Positions 52,729 to 64,000 of a DNA stretch of 64,000 nucleotides are shown here, in pieces. The DNA is from Myxococcales bacterium SG8_38 (lineage in GTDB: Bacteria > Myxococcota_A > Polyangia > Polyangiales > Houyiibacteriaceae): contig LJTN01000010.1 of NCBI GenBank assembly GCA_001303415.1, positions 2,140 through 66,139 of the forward strand, in the 5' to 3' direction. Below the pieces are notes generated by a model that saw only the letters and a list, made by a program, of their open reading frames with translations, did not search any database and had not been told where the DNA came from. Within the stretch, counting starts at the first letter, position 1; the number at the start of each line of letters is the position of its first letter. The position numbers and the translations under genes were made by a program.

Positions 52729-53901
52729 ATGACCCGCGCAGACAAGCCAAGTGCCTTTGGGCCTTACGAGCTCGTTCGGCGGCTTGCCGTGGGCGGGATG
52801 GCAGAGGTGTATCTGGCCAGGCTGCGGGGCGAGGCAGGGTTCGAGAAACCGGTGGCCGTCAAGCGAATCCATCCTCGACTCGAGGGCGGGGAAGCGGGGC
52901 CCGACGCCTTGGTGCAGGAGGCGAAGCTCTCGGCGTCCTTGTGTCATCCGAACATCGTTCAGACCCTGGACCTATCGTACGCAGAAGGCTCGTACGCCCT
53001 CGTCATGGAGCACGTCGAGGGTTACGACCTCCACCACGTGATCGGCATGCTGCGCGAAGCCGGCCGGCCTTTCCCCATCGACCTCGCGTCACACGTGGCA
53101 GCCGAGGTCTGTCGCGCGCTCGACTACGCTCACCACCTCGTGGACGAGCAAGGCGAGCCCGTCGGCCTCGTTCATCGAGACGTGTCGCCCGAAAACATCC
53201 TGTTGAGCTTTGCTGGAGAGGTGAAGCTCGCGGACTTCGGCATCGCCAAGACCACGGTGAGGCCGAGCGATCCGGGCACTCGGATGGTGAGGGGCAAATA
53301 CTTCTACATGTCGCCCGAGCAAGCGCAGGCTGGGCCGGTCGACCATCGCAGCGACATCTTTTCTGCGGGCGTGGTGCTTTGGGAGCTCTTGGCGGGGCGG
53401 AGGTTACATCAGGCGCACGACGTGGCGTCGTTGCTACGCGACGTGAGACGCGCCGAGGTGCCGCTTCCTTCGTCCCTGCGCGCTGGCGTCCCTCGGGAGC
53501 TCGATGAGATCGTAGCCCGCGCGACTGCGCGCCGCCGCGACGAGCGCTATCCGCGCGCCGGGGCGATGGCTGACGCCCTGACCGCGTACTTGAGGCGAAG
53601 GCCGGCCGTGCACGCAACCCGCCAGCTCGGCGAGGTCTTGGCTGGATTGAGATGCCGTGCCGCCGCAACGCCGAGGCCAGACGAGGCGGACGTTCCGAGA
53701 ACGCGCGACCACGTCGTCACGCAGCCTGCGCCCGAGGGCGCGATGCCGCCGAAGCCAACGTCTGGGCTCGAAGACACAGAGCAAACCCTCACCGGATGGC
53801 GCCGCCCCGAGACGAGCGCTCGCCGTCACCGATGGATGCTCGTGCTCGCGGTGGGGTCTCTCATGGTGGGCATCCTTCTGTGGTCGTTGCACGGGGTCTG
53901 A
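52729..53901 (+). CDS. Ser/Thr protein kinase with C-terminal TM anchor
   Basis: GGMAEVY, VAVKRI, HRDVSPENILL, DFGIAK, SPEQ. C-terminal TM WMLVLAVGSLMVGILLW. Confidence 0.88.
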   Translation: MTRADKPSAFGPYELVRRLAVGGMAEVYLARLRGEAGFEKPVAVKRIHPRLEGGEAGPDALVQEAKLSASLCHPNIVQTLDLSYAEGSYALVMEHVEGYDLHHVIGMLREAGRPFPIDLASHVAAEVCRALDYAHHLVDEQGEPVGLVHRDVSPENILLSFAGEVKLADFGIAKTTVRPSDPGTRMVRGKYFYMSPEQAQAGPVDHRSDIFSAGVVLWELLAGRRLHQAHDVASLLRDVRRAEVPLPSSLRAGVPRELDEIVARATARRRDERYPRAGAMADALTAYLRRRPAVHATRQLGEVLAGLRCRAAATPRPDEADVPRTRDHVVTQPAPEGAMPPKPTSGLEDTEQTLTGWRRPETSARRHRWMLVLAVGSLMVGILLWSLHGV

Positions 53902-53910
53902 CGCGCCCAC

Positions 53911-54774
53911 TCACGGACGCGGATCCTCGCCCAACACCACGTTGTCGATCAGCCGTGTCCCGCCCAGGTGCGCCGCCACCGCGATCAGCAGACGGCTCGG
54001 AGTCGGGGATTCCGGTGCTGGCAAAAGAGACTCCGGATCGATGGCCGCCACGTAGTCGATTCGATCCACGTCGCGCTCGACACGCTCGGTTGCGAGCGCC
54101 CGAAGACGCTCGCCGCGGCGCTCGCCGCGTTCCCAGGCGTCGTGTGCCTCGCGAAGAGCAGCCACGATCGCGAGCGCCCGTTCGCGTTCCGCGATCGACA
54201 AGTAGCGATTGCGGGAGGAGAGGGCGAGGCCGTCGGTTTCTCGGACGATCGGGCAACCCACGACCTCGACGGGCATGTGGAGGTCTCGGACCATGGTGGA
54301 GAGCACCTTCCACTGCTGATAGTCCTTGCGACCGAATACCGCGACCGAGGGGCCGACGAGGTTGAAGAGCTTCGCGACCACGGTGGTGACGCCTTCGAAA
54401 TGCGTGGGTCGAAACTCCCCTTCGAGCGGCCTCGAGAGCCGAGAGACCACGACGCTGGTCTGAAATCCGGGCGGGTACATCGCGTCCCGCTCCGGCGCAA
54501 AGACCAGATCCACGCCCCGCGCCTGGCAGCCATCCAGATCGCTCTCGAGCATTCGAGGATAGCGCTCGAGGTCTTCGCCAGCCGCAAACTGCAAGGGGTT
54601 GACGAAGATGGTGGCGACGATGAAGCCCGCGCGGGCCTTGGCCTCTTCGATCAGCGAAAAATGCCCTTCGTGCAGCGCACCCATCGTGGGCACGAGCCCA
54701 ACGCGATGGCCGAGCGCGCGAGCATCATCGCAGGCCTGCCGGAGCTCGGCAGGCTTGCGGACGAGCACCGTCAT
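53911..54774 (-). CDS. panC: Pantoate-beta-alanine ligase
   Basis: [36 protein letters not shown]. Confidence 0.93.
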   Translation of the reverse strand: MTVLVRKPAELRQACDDARALGHRVGLVPTMGALHEGHFSLIEEAKARAGFIVATIFVNPLQFAAGEDLERYPRMLESDLDGCQARGVDLVFAPERDAMYPPGFQTSVVVSRLSRPLEGEFRPTHFEGVTTVVAKLFNLVGPSVAVFGRKDYQQWKVLSTMVRDLHMPVEVVGCPIVRETDGLALSSRNRYLSIAERERALAIVAALREAHDAWERGERRGERLRALATERVERDVDRIDYVAAIDPESLLPAPESPTPSRLLIAVAAHLGGTRLIDNVVLGEDPRP

Positions 54775-55682
54775 CCCTTCGGTCCGTAGGCAGCCCGCAG
54801 GTCTTGCACCAAGCTCAAGGCACTTTTCGCAGGCTCTGCTTCGCTCTTCTTCACGTTGCCGAAGCTGAACGCCTCGGTCGGGAAGGTGCCTGCGCGCACC
54901 TCATCCCGGTAGCGGCGGGCGGCGGCCACGCCTTCCTCGAAGAACTCGGCGTAGCGTTTCACGAATTTGGGCTTCAGGTCGGGCGTGAGACCCAACAGGT
55001 CGTAGCAGACCAGCACTTGCCCGTCGCAGTGGGGACCTGCGCCGATTCCAATGGTGGGAATGTGCACCGCTTGGGTAATGCGCTCGGCGAGGTCGGTAGG
55101 AATGCCTTCGAGCACCAGCGCATACGCGCCCGCTTCGGCCACTGCCTCGGCGTCCGCCAACACGCGAACCGCGGTTTCCTCGGTTCTGCCCTGCACACGG
55201 AATCCGCCCATCGCGTGCACGCTCTGCGGCGTGAGCCCCACGTGGGCCATCACCGGGATGCCCGCGCGCACGATGCGCTCGATCGTCGGCGCCGCATCGA
55301 CCCCGCCTTCGAGCTTGACGGCCTGGGCGCCGCCCTCGGCGAGGAAGCGGCCGGCATTCTTGAGCGCCTGCTCCATGCCGAGCTGCCAGCTCAGAAATGG
55401 CATGTCGCCCACGATGTGGGCGCGTCGCGTGCCGCGAGCGACCGCCCGACAATGGTAGATGACCTCGTCGACCGTCACCGGGAGCGTCGAGTCCTGGCCC
55501 TGGACGACCATGCCCAAGGAGTCTCCGACCAGAAGCACGTCGATGCCCGCCTCGTCGAACAGACGTGCGAAGGTTGCATCGTAGGCCGTGACCATCGTGA
55601 TTCGCTCGCCTTGCTGCTTCATGCTGCGAAGGCGCGGAACCGTGATCGGCCGCCCGTCGGACGCGTGTCCTCTCTCGCTCAT
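54771..55682 (-). CDS. panB: 3-methyl-2-oxobutanoate hydroxymethyltransferase
   Basis: [32 protein letters not shown] 55682. ATGA overlap with panC. Confidence 0.93.
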   Translation of the reverse strand: MSERGHASDGRPITVPRLRSMKQQGERITMVTAYDATFARLFDEAGIDVLLVGDSLGMVVQGQDSTLPVTVDEVIYHCRAVARGTRRAHIVGDMPFLSWQLGMEQALKNAGRFLAEGGAQAVKLEGGVDAAPTIERIVRAGIPVMAHVGLTPQSVHAMGGFRVQGRTEETAVRVLADAEAVAEAGAYALVLEGIPTDLAERITQAVHIPTIGIGAGPHCDGQVLVCYDLLGLTPDLKPKFVKRYAEFFEEGVAAARRYRDEVRAGTFPTEAFSFGNVKKSEAEPAKSALSLVQDLRAAYGPKG

Positions 55683-55808
55683 CGATTGGGTTCGCTTTGG
55701 TCGCGGCCGGGTCGATTCCCGGTCCACGCCTCGACGCCCGATAAACATAGCACCGAATTCGACACGGTCACCGGGGAGAAAAACACCGTGGAATCGACCA
55801 ATTGCGAC

Positions 55809-57053
55809 CTAGGGCTGCATCAGCGCGGCGATTTGCGCCGCAAGCTCCTCGTCATCGCCGGCCGCCAAGGCCTCCGCTCGCGTCAGCATTCGATGGGCTT
55901 CGTCCGTGAGGCCGATCGCTTGAAGCAACCGGCCCGCTTCGAAGTGATAGCGGGCGTGGCGCTCGCGGTCGCTTCCCTGGCTGAGCGCTCGGTACATGTC
56001 GGCGGCGCGCTCCAGCCGACCCGCGGATTCGTAGAGCCGCGCGAGGCTCGTCGCCGTCGGTGGAGGGAAGTCGGTGATCTGGTGATTCGTAAAAAACTCG
56101 ATGACCTGCTCGAAGAACCTCCGCGCGTCGTCTGCTTTCCCCACCTCCTCGGAGACGAGCCCGAGCTCCTCGAGGAGCCGCCAGTCGGTGCCCGAGGTCC
56201 GACTCAGCTCGAGCGCGGTGCGAAGCACGTCTAGCGCCTCCTCCGCGTGTCCCTTCTCACGAAGGAATGCGCCCATGGCCAGGTAAGGGCGGTAGTCGTC
56301 CGGCCTGGTGTGCACGGCGGCTTCGAAGTGGCGCATCGCCTCCTCGAACTCGCCCCGGTCGTCGGCGAGGCGTGCCAGCGTCAGATTGGCCGCGAGCTGG
56401 GCTTCCGGTGCTTCGCCGTCGCCCATCACCGCGACGAAGCGCTCGAGAGCATCGCGGCCGCCCGTCAGATCCTCACGCAGCAGACGCGCTCGCCCGATCT
56501 CCAACCAGAGATATCTGGGCGCCAGGGCGATCTCGAGCAGCGATTCGAGCTGGGCCAGCGCGTCGTCTGCCTGTTCTTTGTGGAGCATGACGAGCGCGTG
56601 CAGCAGGTCGTCGCCATAGGCCTCGTATTCGTCGGCTTGGCCCTCCTCCCACTGGCCCATGAGCACGGCAATTCGCTCCTCGTCGGTCATTTCGAGGGAC
56701 GCTGCCTGGGTCCGGGCGTCTTCGGCCTCGAGACCGTCGAGCAATGCGCTTGCTTCGGCGCGAGCGGCTTGTCCGACGGCGACCTCGAGGGCTCCCTCGA
56801 GCTCCTGAGTTGCAAGCTCTATCGCTCCCTGCTTCAGATAGGCCTTGGCCTCGTCGATGCGTCGGTGCGCAATGGCGTCCAAACAGCGCTGCATCTTGGT
56901 CTCCAGATCGGGCCGAGCCTCGGCGGGCGCCGTGTCGAGCGCCTTTTCGTAGGCGAGCTTGGCCGAGCCGTAGTCCCCAGCCGAATAGAGCGCGTCGGCC
57001 TTCTTTTCGAGCCCTGCCGGATCGGCGGAGAACAGCTTCTTCAAGAGGCTCAT
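55809..57053 (-). CDS. TPR repeat protein
   Basis: 414 aa of Ala/Leu/Glu-rich TPR-like helical repeats. ATGA overlap with the upstream gene. Confidence 0.72.
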   Translation of the reverse strand: MSLLKKLFSADPAGLEKKADALYSAGDYGSAKLAYEKALDTAPAEARPDLETKMQRCLDAIAHRRIDEAKAYLKQGAIELATQELEGALEVAVGQAARAEASALLDGLEAEDARTQAASLEMTDEERIAVLMGQWEEGQADEYEAYGDDLLHALVMLHKEQADDALAQLESLLEIALAPRYLWLEIGRARLLREDLTGGRDALERFVAVMGDGEAPEAQLAANLTLARLADDRGEFEEAMRHFEAAVHTRPDDYRPYLAMGAFLREKGHAEEALDVLRTALELSRTSGTDWRLLEELGLVSEEVGKADDARRFFEQVIEFFTNHQITDFPPPTATSLARLYESAGRLERAADMYRALSQGSDRERHARYHFEAGRLLQAIGLTDEAHRMLTRAEALAAGDDEELAAQIAALMQP

Positions 57054-58162
57054 GACTCGAACTGCTTGGACCTTCGCTTCGCAGCTTGTTTGAGCGGGCT
57101 CGGGATCCCACGGCTCCGCGACAATGCTCTGAGGTCGTTGCGACGCAGGTGCGGCAAGAAGCCCATGGACAAGGCAAGTGGCGTCTTCGGGTTGTTACAC
57201 AGGTAGCGCTTCATCTCGTAGCTGCGCAACCACTCGCGCTTGCGTCCGATGTATCGCAGCACGTCCTCGGAAACCTCGCGACTCTGAGCTGCGTTCTTCG
57301 CCTCGCTCTCGGTCAGGGCAGGCGACGAAATCGCGGCCATGCTCACGACGCGGTTGGGATCCCGAACCAGAATCGAGCGAGCCGCGGCGTTTCCCAGCAA
57401 GGCGAGGCGGATCTTCTCGCCCGTATTCATGCCGCGAATTTTCGTCTGCAGGGGAATGAACTCCTCCTTGGTCTCCTCGGTGCCTTCGACGTCGTCGCGG
57501 TCGACGGCATCGACGTCGGCGTCCTCATCGAGAGCCCGCGAGAAGATCTCGTCCCCGGGCAAGGGTTCGTCGCTCGGCTCCGGAATCAACTGGCCTCGGA
57601 TCTCCCGCTTGAGCTCCTCGAACATGGGGATCCCCGTGAGCTCGACCTCGTGGCGGACGGCGAGCTCGATGAGTCGCTCCGCCGTCGACATGCGGGTGTT
57701 TCGGTTCTTGTAGAGCGCTTCGATGATCTGGGGTGCGCCGATCAGTCGCTGCTGGTTGACGGAGATGATCTCGGTGATGCGCTCGGGGCAATGGGTCGAA
57801 ATGAGCGCAATGGTCGCATCCGCCGCCGCATGATTGGATGCGAGGCGCGCCAACACCTCATCGTTGCTCGAGAATCGAGCTGCTAGCTCGTGAAATACGG
57901 CGGGCGGCAGCTCCTGCTCGCATGCCGGCAAAAGCACGTTTTCGGGCAGTTGAACGAGGGTGTCGGTCGCAGACTGTGACACGCTTGGGTCGCCATCGGA
58001 CGTGAGCTGCACCAGGAGGAGCACCAGGTCGCTTCCGCGAACGGGAACCATGCCGCGCGCGGCCATCATCTTCGCGGGGGCCGGCGCGTTGGGATCGGCG
58101 AAACGGCGTAGCCGTTCGGGTATTTCGTCGAGGGGCAGCGGCAGCTCGGGGATGGTCAGCAT
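57050..58162 (-). CDS. Hypothetical helical-repeat (HEAT/ARM-like) protein
   Basis: 370 aa from ATG 58162. No recognisable catalytic motifs. Coding supported by operon context and length. Confidence 0.55.
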   Translation of the reverse strand: MLTIPELPLPLDEIPERLRRFADPNAPAPAKMMAARGMVPVRGSDLVLLLVQLTSDGDPSVSQSATDTLVQLPENVLLPACEQELPPAVFHELAARFSSNDEVLARLASNHAAADATIALISTHCPERITEIISVNQQRLIGAPQIIEALYKNRNTRMSTAERLIELAVRHEVELTGIPMFEELKREIRGQLIPEPSDEPLPGDEIFSRALDEDADVDAVDRDDVEGTEETKEEFIPLQTKIRGMNTGEKIRLALLGNAAARSILVRDPNRVVSMAAISSPALTESEAKNAAQSREVSEDVLRYIGRKREWLRSYEMKRYLCNNPKTPLALSMGFLPHLRRNDLRALSRSRGIPSPLKQAAKRRSKQFES

Positions 58163-58191
58163 GGATTGTCGCAACGGCGCGATCTTGGCGC

Positions 58192-58977
58192 CTATCGGCC
58201 CGTGAAGTCAGGTTCTCGCTTCTGGAGGGTTGCGGCAACCCCCTCCTTGGCGTCTTCGGTTTGCAAGCTCGCCGCCTGAAGCGCGGCTTCTTCGCGCGCG
58301 GCGTCCCGGATGCGCCAACCGAGCGCCCGCCGGATCGAGGCCTTCATCTGTCGTACGGCAAGCGGCGCGGAAGCCGCGATCGAGCGGGCGAGCGCCGTCG
58401 CAGTCGGCAAGACCTCCCCGGCGTCCTTGGCATGCGTGACCAACCCCATTCGCAACGCCTCGCTTCCGGTGACCAGCCGCCCCGTGAAGAGCAGCTCCGA
58501 TGCGTGTGCCACGCCGACGAGGCGAGGCAGCACATAACTGATTCCCAGCCCAGAATGGATTCCCAAGCGCGCGAAATTGGCTCCGTATTTCGCGTCGGCA
58601 TTTGCGATTCGGATATCGGTCAAGAGCGCCAGACCGAAGCCGCCGCCCACGGCGTGGCCGTTGAGCGCCCCGACGACGGGGACCTCGATGTGCAGCACCT
58701 TCAGGAACGGCTCGTACATCGCAAAGGACATCTCGGCCGATGGTTTGCCCAGATCATCGCGCTGCAGCGACGAGCGGAGATCGGCGCCGGCGCTGAAGCA
58801 ATCCCCTTTTCCAGTGATCACCAGGCAACGAATGCCGAGGTCGCGTTGCGCCTGCTCGATCGCACCGGAAAACGCGTCCAGGAGCTCTGGCGTCATCGCG
58901 TTGCGCCGTGCCGGGCGGTTGAGGGTGATCGTCCCGACCAAGCCCTCCACCTCGTACAAGACCGCTGGCTCCTCCAT
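58192..58977 (-). CDS. Enoyl-CoA hydratase/isomerase (crotonase) family protein
   Basis: ITLNRPARRNAM, FSAGADL, NGHAVGGG. ATG 58977. Confidence 0.88.
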   Translation of the reverse strand: MEEPAVLYEVEGLVGTITLNRPARRNAMTPELLDAFSGAIEQAQRDLGIRCLVITGKGDCFSAGADLRSSLQRDDLGKPSAEMSFAMYEPFLKVLHIEVPVVGALNGHAVGGGFGLALLTDIRIANADAKYGANFARLGIHSGLGISYVLPRLVGVAHASELLFTGRLVTGSEALRMGLVTHAKDAGEVLPTATALARSIAASAPLAVRQMKASIRRALGWRIRDAAREEAALQAASLQTEDAKEGVAATLQKREPDFTGR

Positions 58978-59072
58978 GGTCCGGGACTCTAGCCCCCTTG
59001 GCGCAGCCGGCAACCACGGATTATTGGCCGATTTCTTGCCCCCGAGGCGCTGAACGGGGTAGCGGGAACCCT

Positions 59073-59861
59073 ATGCAGGGGACCAAGGTCGTTCGCCCGT
59101 TTCCGTTCTTCCGCGCTGGTGCGCGCGCCAGCCAGCCGCAGCTGTCCAAGCCCATTCTGGTGTTGGAGGACGTCTACAAATTCTTTCGTCCCGACCAGCC
59201 GACCCTTCGGGGCGTCAATCTGTTGGTCGATCGCGGCGAGTTCGTGTTCATCACCGGACCGAGCGGGGCCGGCAAGAGCACGCTTTTGAAGCTCGTGTAT
59301 CGAGAGCTCACGGTCGACGAGGGCAGGGTGCTGTTTTGCGGCCGGGACATCGGACGCTTGACGGACGGCTCGGTGCCGTTTCTGCGCCGCAACCTCGGGA
59401 TCGTGTTTCAGGACTTCCGCATCATCGACCATTGGACGGTCTTCGAGAACGTGGCCGTGGCCCTCGAGATTCTGTCCATACCGCAGCGCCTGATTCGTTC
59501 CCGGGTTGCAGAGGCGCTCGAGCGGGTCGGGTTGGCCGGGCGCGGTCCCGAGCAGACCAGCAATCTTTCGGGTGGCGAGAAGCAGAGGGTCGCCATCGCA
59601 AGAGCGATCGTTCCGGAGCCGGCGCTGATCTTGGCAGACGAGCCGACGGGCAACCTCGATCCCCATTTGGCGATCGACATCCTGACGCTGTTCGAGGAAA
59701 TCAACGCAACGGGCACGACCGTGCTGTTTGCGACGCATGACCATTCCTTGATCTCGAAACGAGACCATCGACTCGTCGCAATCGACGAAGGCCGTGTGGT
59801 GGAGGCTCAGAAGGGGCTCAAACACTGGCCAGGCAGTGGCATTCACACGCTGGTGGGGTGA
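59073..59861 (+). CDS. ftsE: Cell division ATP-binding protein FtsE
   Basis: Walker A GPSGAGKST, LSGGEKQRVAIARA, LILADEPTGNLD. Followed by ftsX. Confidence 0.9.
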   Translation: MQGTKVVRPFPFFRAGARASQPQLSKPILVLEDVYKFFRPDQPTLRGVNLLVDRGEFVFITGPSGAGKSTLLKLVYRELTVDEGRVLFCGRDIGRLTDGSVPFLRRNLGIVFQDFRIIDHWTVFENVAVALEILSIPQRLIRSRVAEALERVGLAGRGPEQTSNLSGGEKQRVAIARAIVPEPALILADEPTGNLDPHLAIDILTLFEEINATGTTVLFATHDHSLISKRDHRLVAIDEGRVVEAQKGLKHWPGSGIHTLVG

Positions 59862-59865
59862 AACG

Positions 59866-60747
59866 ATGGACGTGAAGAGCGCAATGACGCGAGCGAGGAG
59901 GGGCCTTCGCGAGGAGCGGCGGCTCTATGTCGTGGCGGTGACCAGCCTGGCCGTCGCATTTCTGTGCCTCGGCGCCACGCTTCTCGGCGTCACCAATCTC
60001 GATGCGGCAGCGACGCGGTGGGGGCACAGCGGACGCATCACCTTGTTCCTCAAGGACGACGCCGATCCCCAGGACATTGCACAGCTTCGGGTCGTGCTCG
60101 AAGGCTTGGGCGACGTCAGCGAGGTCACACATGTCACACCGGAGCAGGCGCGGGCTTCCTTCCTCGAGGAAGCGGACGTCGGTGCAGATCTCGGCTCGCT
60201 CCCTTCGGAGGTCTTTCCTGCTTCGCTCGAGGTCACGCTGGTGAACGGGGTGACCCGCGAACGCAGCGAATCGATCGCGTCGCGTTTGGGGCAGTTTCGC
60301 GCGGTCAGCGACGTGGAGAGCTACCGCGGCTGGTTCGAGAAGCTCGATCATCTCTTGTGGGGTGCACGCATGCTGGCCGCGGGTCTCGCCTTGCTGGTGG
60401 TTTTCTGCGTCGTCGCCGTCATCGGCAACACGATCCGCCTCGCGGTCGCACGGCGACGTCAGGAGATCGAGGTGATGAAGCTCTGCGGCGCGACCAACGG
60501 ATTCGTTCGCGGGCCGTTCGTGCTCGAGGGCATGTTCCAGGGCTTTGCCTCCGCGCTCCTCGCCGTGCTTGCGCTCCTCGCAGGCTATCTCGCGCTACAC
60601 GAGCCGGTGGACTCGACACTGGCCGCCTTGACCGGAAGCCGAATCGTCTTCTTGAGCGCGTGGACGATGCTCGCGCTCTTGCTCGGAGGGGCCCTCATCG
60701 GTGCAATCGGAAGCGCGCTCTCCGTGCGACGCTATCTCTCGGTGTGA
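59866..60747 (+). CDS. ftsX: Cell division permease-like protein FtsX
   Basis: N-terminal TM, periplasmic domain, three C-terminal TMs with EIEVMKLCGAT. Confidence 0.88.
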   Translation: MDVKSAMTRARRGLREERRLYVVAVTSLAVAFLCLGATLLGVTNLDAAATRWGHSGRITLFLKDDADPQDIAQLRVVLEGLGDVSEVTHVTPEQARASFLEEADVGADLGSLPSEVFPASLEVTLVNGVTRERSESIASRLGQFRAVSDVESYRGWFEKLDHLLWGARMLAAGLALLVVFCVVAVIGNTIRLAVARRRQEIEVMKLCGATNGFVRGPFVLEGMFQGFASALLAVLALLAGYLALHEPVDSTLAALTGSRIVFLSAWTMLALLLGGALIGAIGSALSVRRYLSV

Positions 60748-60748
60748 C

Positions 60749-61729
60749 ATGAAGATCAAGCGCAAGCTCTGGGTGTGGATTGCGGCGGGCTTCTTCGCGG
60801 CGACCGCCAGCGCCGAGCAAGACTTGGGCGTTGCCGGGCTGACCGACGTGGCGGCGGTGGAGGGCAAGATCGCCGAGAGCCTCGCTCGTGTCGAGCACGC
60901 CCACACGCGGCAAGCGCAGATCGACACCGAGATCTCCGGCCTGGCGAGTCAGCGTGACGATGCCCAAGGGCGGCTGCACGAGCGGGCGAGGGCGCTCTAC
61001 CGGGTTCGCCGTGCGGGGATGTTGCCCGTGGCGGGAGGGTTCGATGCGCTGATGGCGCACCTCGCGCGCGTGCAGCGGCTGTCTCGAATGGTGAAGAACG
61101 ATCTCGACACGATGGAGTTTCTCGAGCAGCGCGGTGCGGCGCTTCGCGCAGAGAAGAACGAGCTCGCCGAGGCGCTTCAAGAGGCGCACGCCATGCTAGG
61201 AGCCCTCGAGGCCAAGAAGCAGGAGCTCGAGGAAAGCACGCGCAGCGCGTCGCTGTTTCAGGACACGCTCCGCGGGGAGCGGCAGGAAGTCGCGAGCGAC
61301 AGCTTGAGCTACGGCCGCATCCGGGTGTCGGGTGACATGGACGACCTCGGTGACGGCTTCTCGGAAATGCGCGGACAACTGGCATTGCCGGTGCAAGGCT
61401 CGATGCGGATCGGGGAGAGCTCCCGGGAAGGGGCGCCGGGGCTCGAGTTCTACGGAAGGCCGGGTGGGCCGGTTCGGGCTGCGGCAGACGGCAGAGTGGC
61501 CTTCGCGCGGCAGTACGGTGCCTACGGGCTCATGGTCATCCTCGACCACGGCGGGAGCTTCTACACGGTTTATGGAGGCTTGGGCACCACGGACGTGCAA
61601 GTGGGTGATTGGGTCGGCATGAGCACGCGGATCGGCACGCTCGACACCGGCAGTCCCGATGCCGTGCTCTTCTTCGAGGTTCGACGAGGCACCCGCCCAC
61701 TCGACGCCCGTAGCTGGCTCGGTCTCTAA
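60749..61729 (+). CDS. EnvC-like coiled-coil protein with degenerate LytM/M23 domain
   Basis: Signal peptide, long coiled coil, and a C-terminal M23 fold (VILDHGGSFYTVYGGL) lacking a clear HxxxD/HxH metal site. Position after ftsEX. Confidence 0.8.
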   Translation: MKIKRKLWVWIAAGFFAATASAEQDLGVAGLTDVAAVEGKIAESLARVEHAHTRQAQIDTEISGLASQRDDAQGRLHERARALYRVRRAGMLPVAGGFDALMAHLARVQRLSRMVKNDLDTMEFLEQRGAALRAEKNELAEALQEAHAMLGALEAKKQELEESTRSASLFQDTLRGERQEVASDSLSYGRIRVSGDMDDLGDGFSEMRGQLALPVQGSMRIGESSREGAPGLEFYGRPGGPVRAAADGRVAFARQYGAYGLMVILDHGGSFYTVYGGLGTTDVQVGDWVGMSTRIGTLDTGSPDAVLFFEVRRGTRPLDARSWLGL

Positions 61730-61793
61730 CCTTGGAAGCGGTTCCCCCTCTTCGCTGCGCGTGCGTGGTATGCTCCCCGCCGTTGGAGGTGGG

Positions 61794-62267
61794 ATGAGCT
61801 ATCGAGACTTCATCAACTGGTTTTCGACGACGCCCGTCGGAAGCTGGATCGCGAAGACGTTTGCATCGAAGGTCGACCCAGCGCTCTACAAGCTCAGCGG
61901 CGGACGGTTCACCAGCACGGGGCCGCTCACGATCCCGCAGCTCACCCTCATCACGACCGGTCGGAAGTCGGGTAAGCCGCGCGTCGTACAGCTGGGATAC
62001 ACCGAGGACGGGGACGACGTGCTGGTCATCGCCAGCAACTTCGGCGGTACCAACCATCCCGCCTGGTCGTACAATCTCGATGCGAACCCCGAGGCCAAGA
62101 TTCGACTCGGCGCCGCGGAGAAGGACGTCGCGGCCACGCGTCTCACGGACTCGGAAAAGGCGATCCTCTGGCCCAAGATCGAAAATACGATTCCGCAGAT
62201 GAAATCGTACGTGAAGAGGACCGACCGCAACATCAAGGTGTACCGGCTCAAGGAGCGCACGTCGTAG
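61794..62267 (+). CDS. Deazaflavin-dependent nitroreductase (DDN)-like family oxidoreductase
   Basis: LITTGRKSGKPRVVQLGY, VIASNFGGTNHPAWSYNL. GGAGG SD before ATG 61794. Confidence 0.75.
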   Translation: MSYRDFINWFSTTPVGSWIAKTFASKVDPALYKLSGGRFTSTGPLTIPQLTLITTGRKSGKPRVVQLGYTEDGDDVLVIASNFGGTNHPAWSYNLDANPEAKIRLGAAEKDVAATRLTDSEKAILWPKIENTIPQMKSYVKRTDRNIKVYRLKERTS

Positions 62268-62313
62268 GTCAGGGGGCCGTGATCCGATTGCTGGGGATAG
62301 GCCGATAGAGTAA

Positions 62314-64000
<1,687 letters not shown>

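Overview
High-GC, densely coding chromosomal DNA. The gene content suggests Myxococcota: lipoproteins with Cys-rich repeats and vWA domains, Ser/Thr kinase, TPR/STAND proteins, and many eukaryote-like families. I support about 57 protein genes. I recognised no rRNA, tRNA, CRISPR array, transposase, integrase or prophage genes. Many long ORFs in the track are antisense shadow ORFs or 5' over-extensions, and I trimmed starts using Shine-Dalgarno (SD) sites and homology. Four loci stand out. (1) A ~15.7 kb single-strand ferredoxin cluster (4923-20619): korAB, a catalytically degenerate pyruvate:ferredoxin oxidoreductase (PFOR) domain-VI paralog, rnfB, a 1671-aa PFOR with a tethered C-terminal ferredoxin, rnfCDGEA, a 4-Cys membrane peptide and a plant-type ferredoxin-NADP+ reductase (FNR). 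Within it, rnfC is split by a tandem in-frame TAA-TAG. (2) A four-gene operon with 4-nt overlaps (30173-34345) encoding a papain-like peptidase, a RimK-type ATP-grasp ligase, a GCS2 ligase and an N-formylglutamate amidohydrolase-like protein. This looks like an uncharacterised peptide or metabolite ligation system. (3) An RRM / DEAD-box helicase / RRM operon behind a 567-bp structured leader. (4) A translationally coupled class-III aminotransferase and atypical kinase-fold pair. Housekeeping genes include panBC, ftsEX-envC-like, pcm, ppsR and rlmI. All calls rest on reading the translations and DNA by eye; no database search was run.
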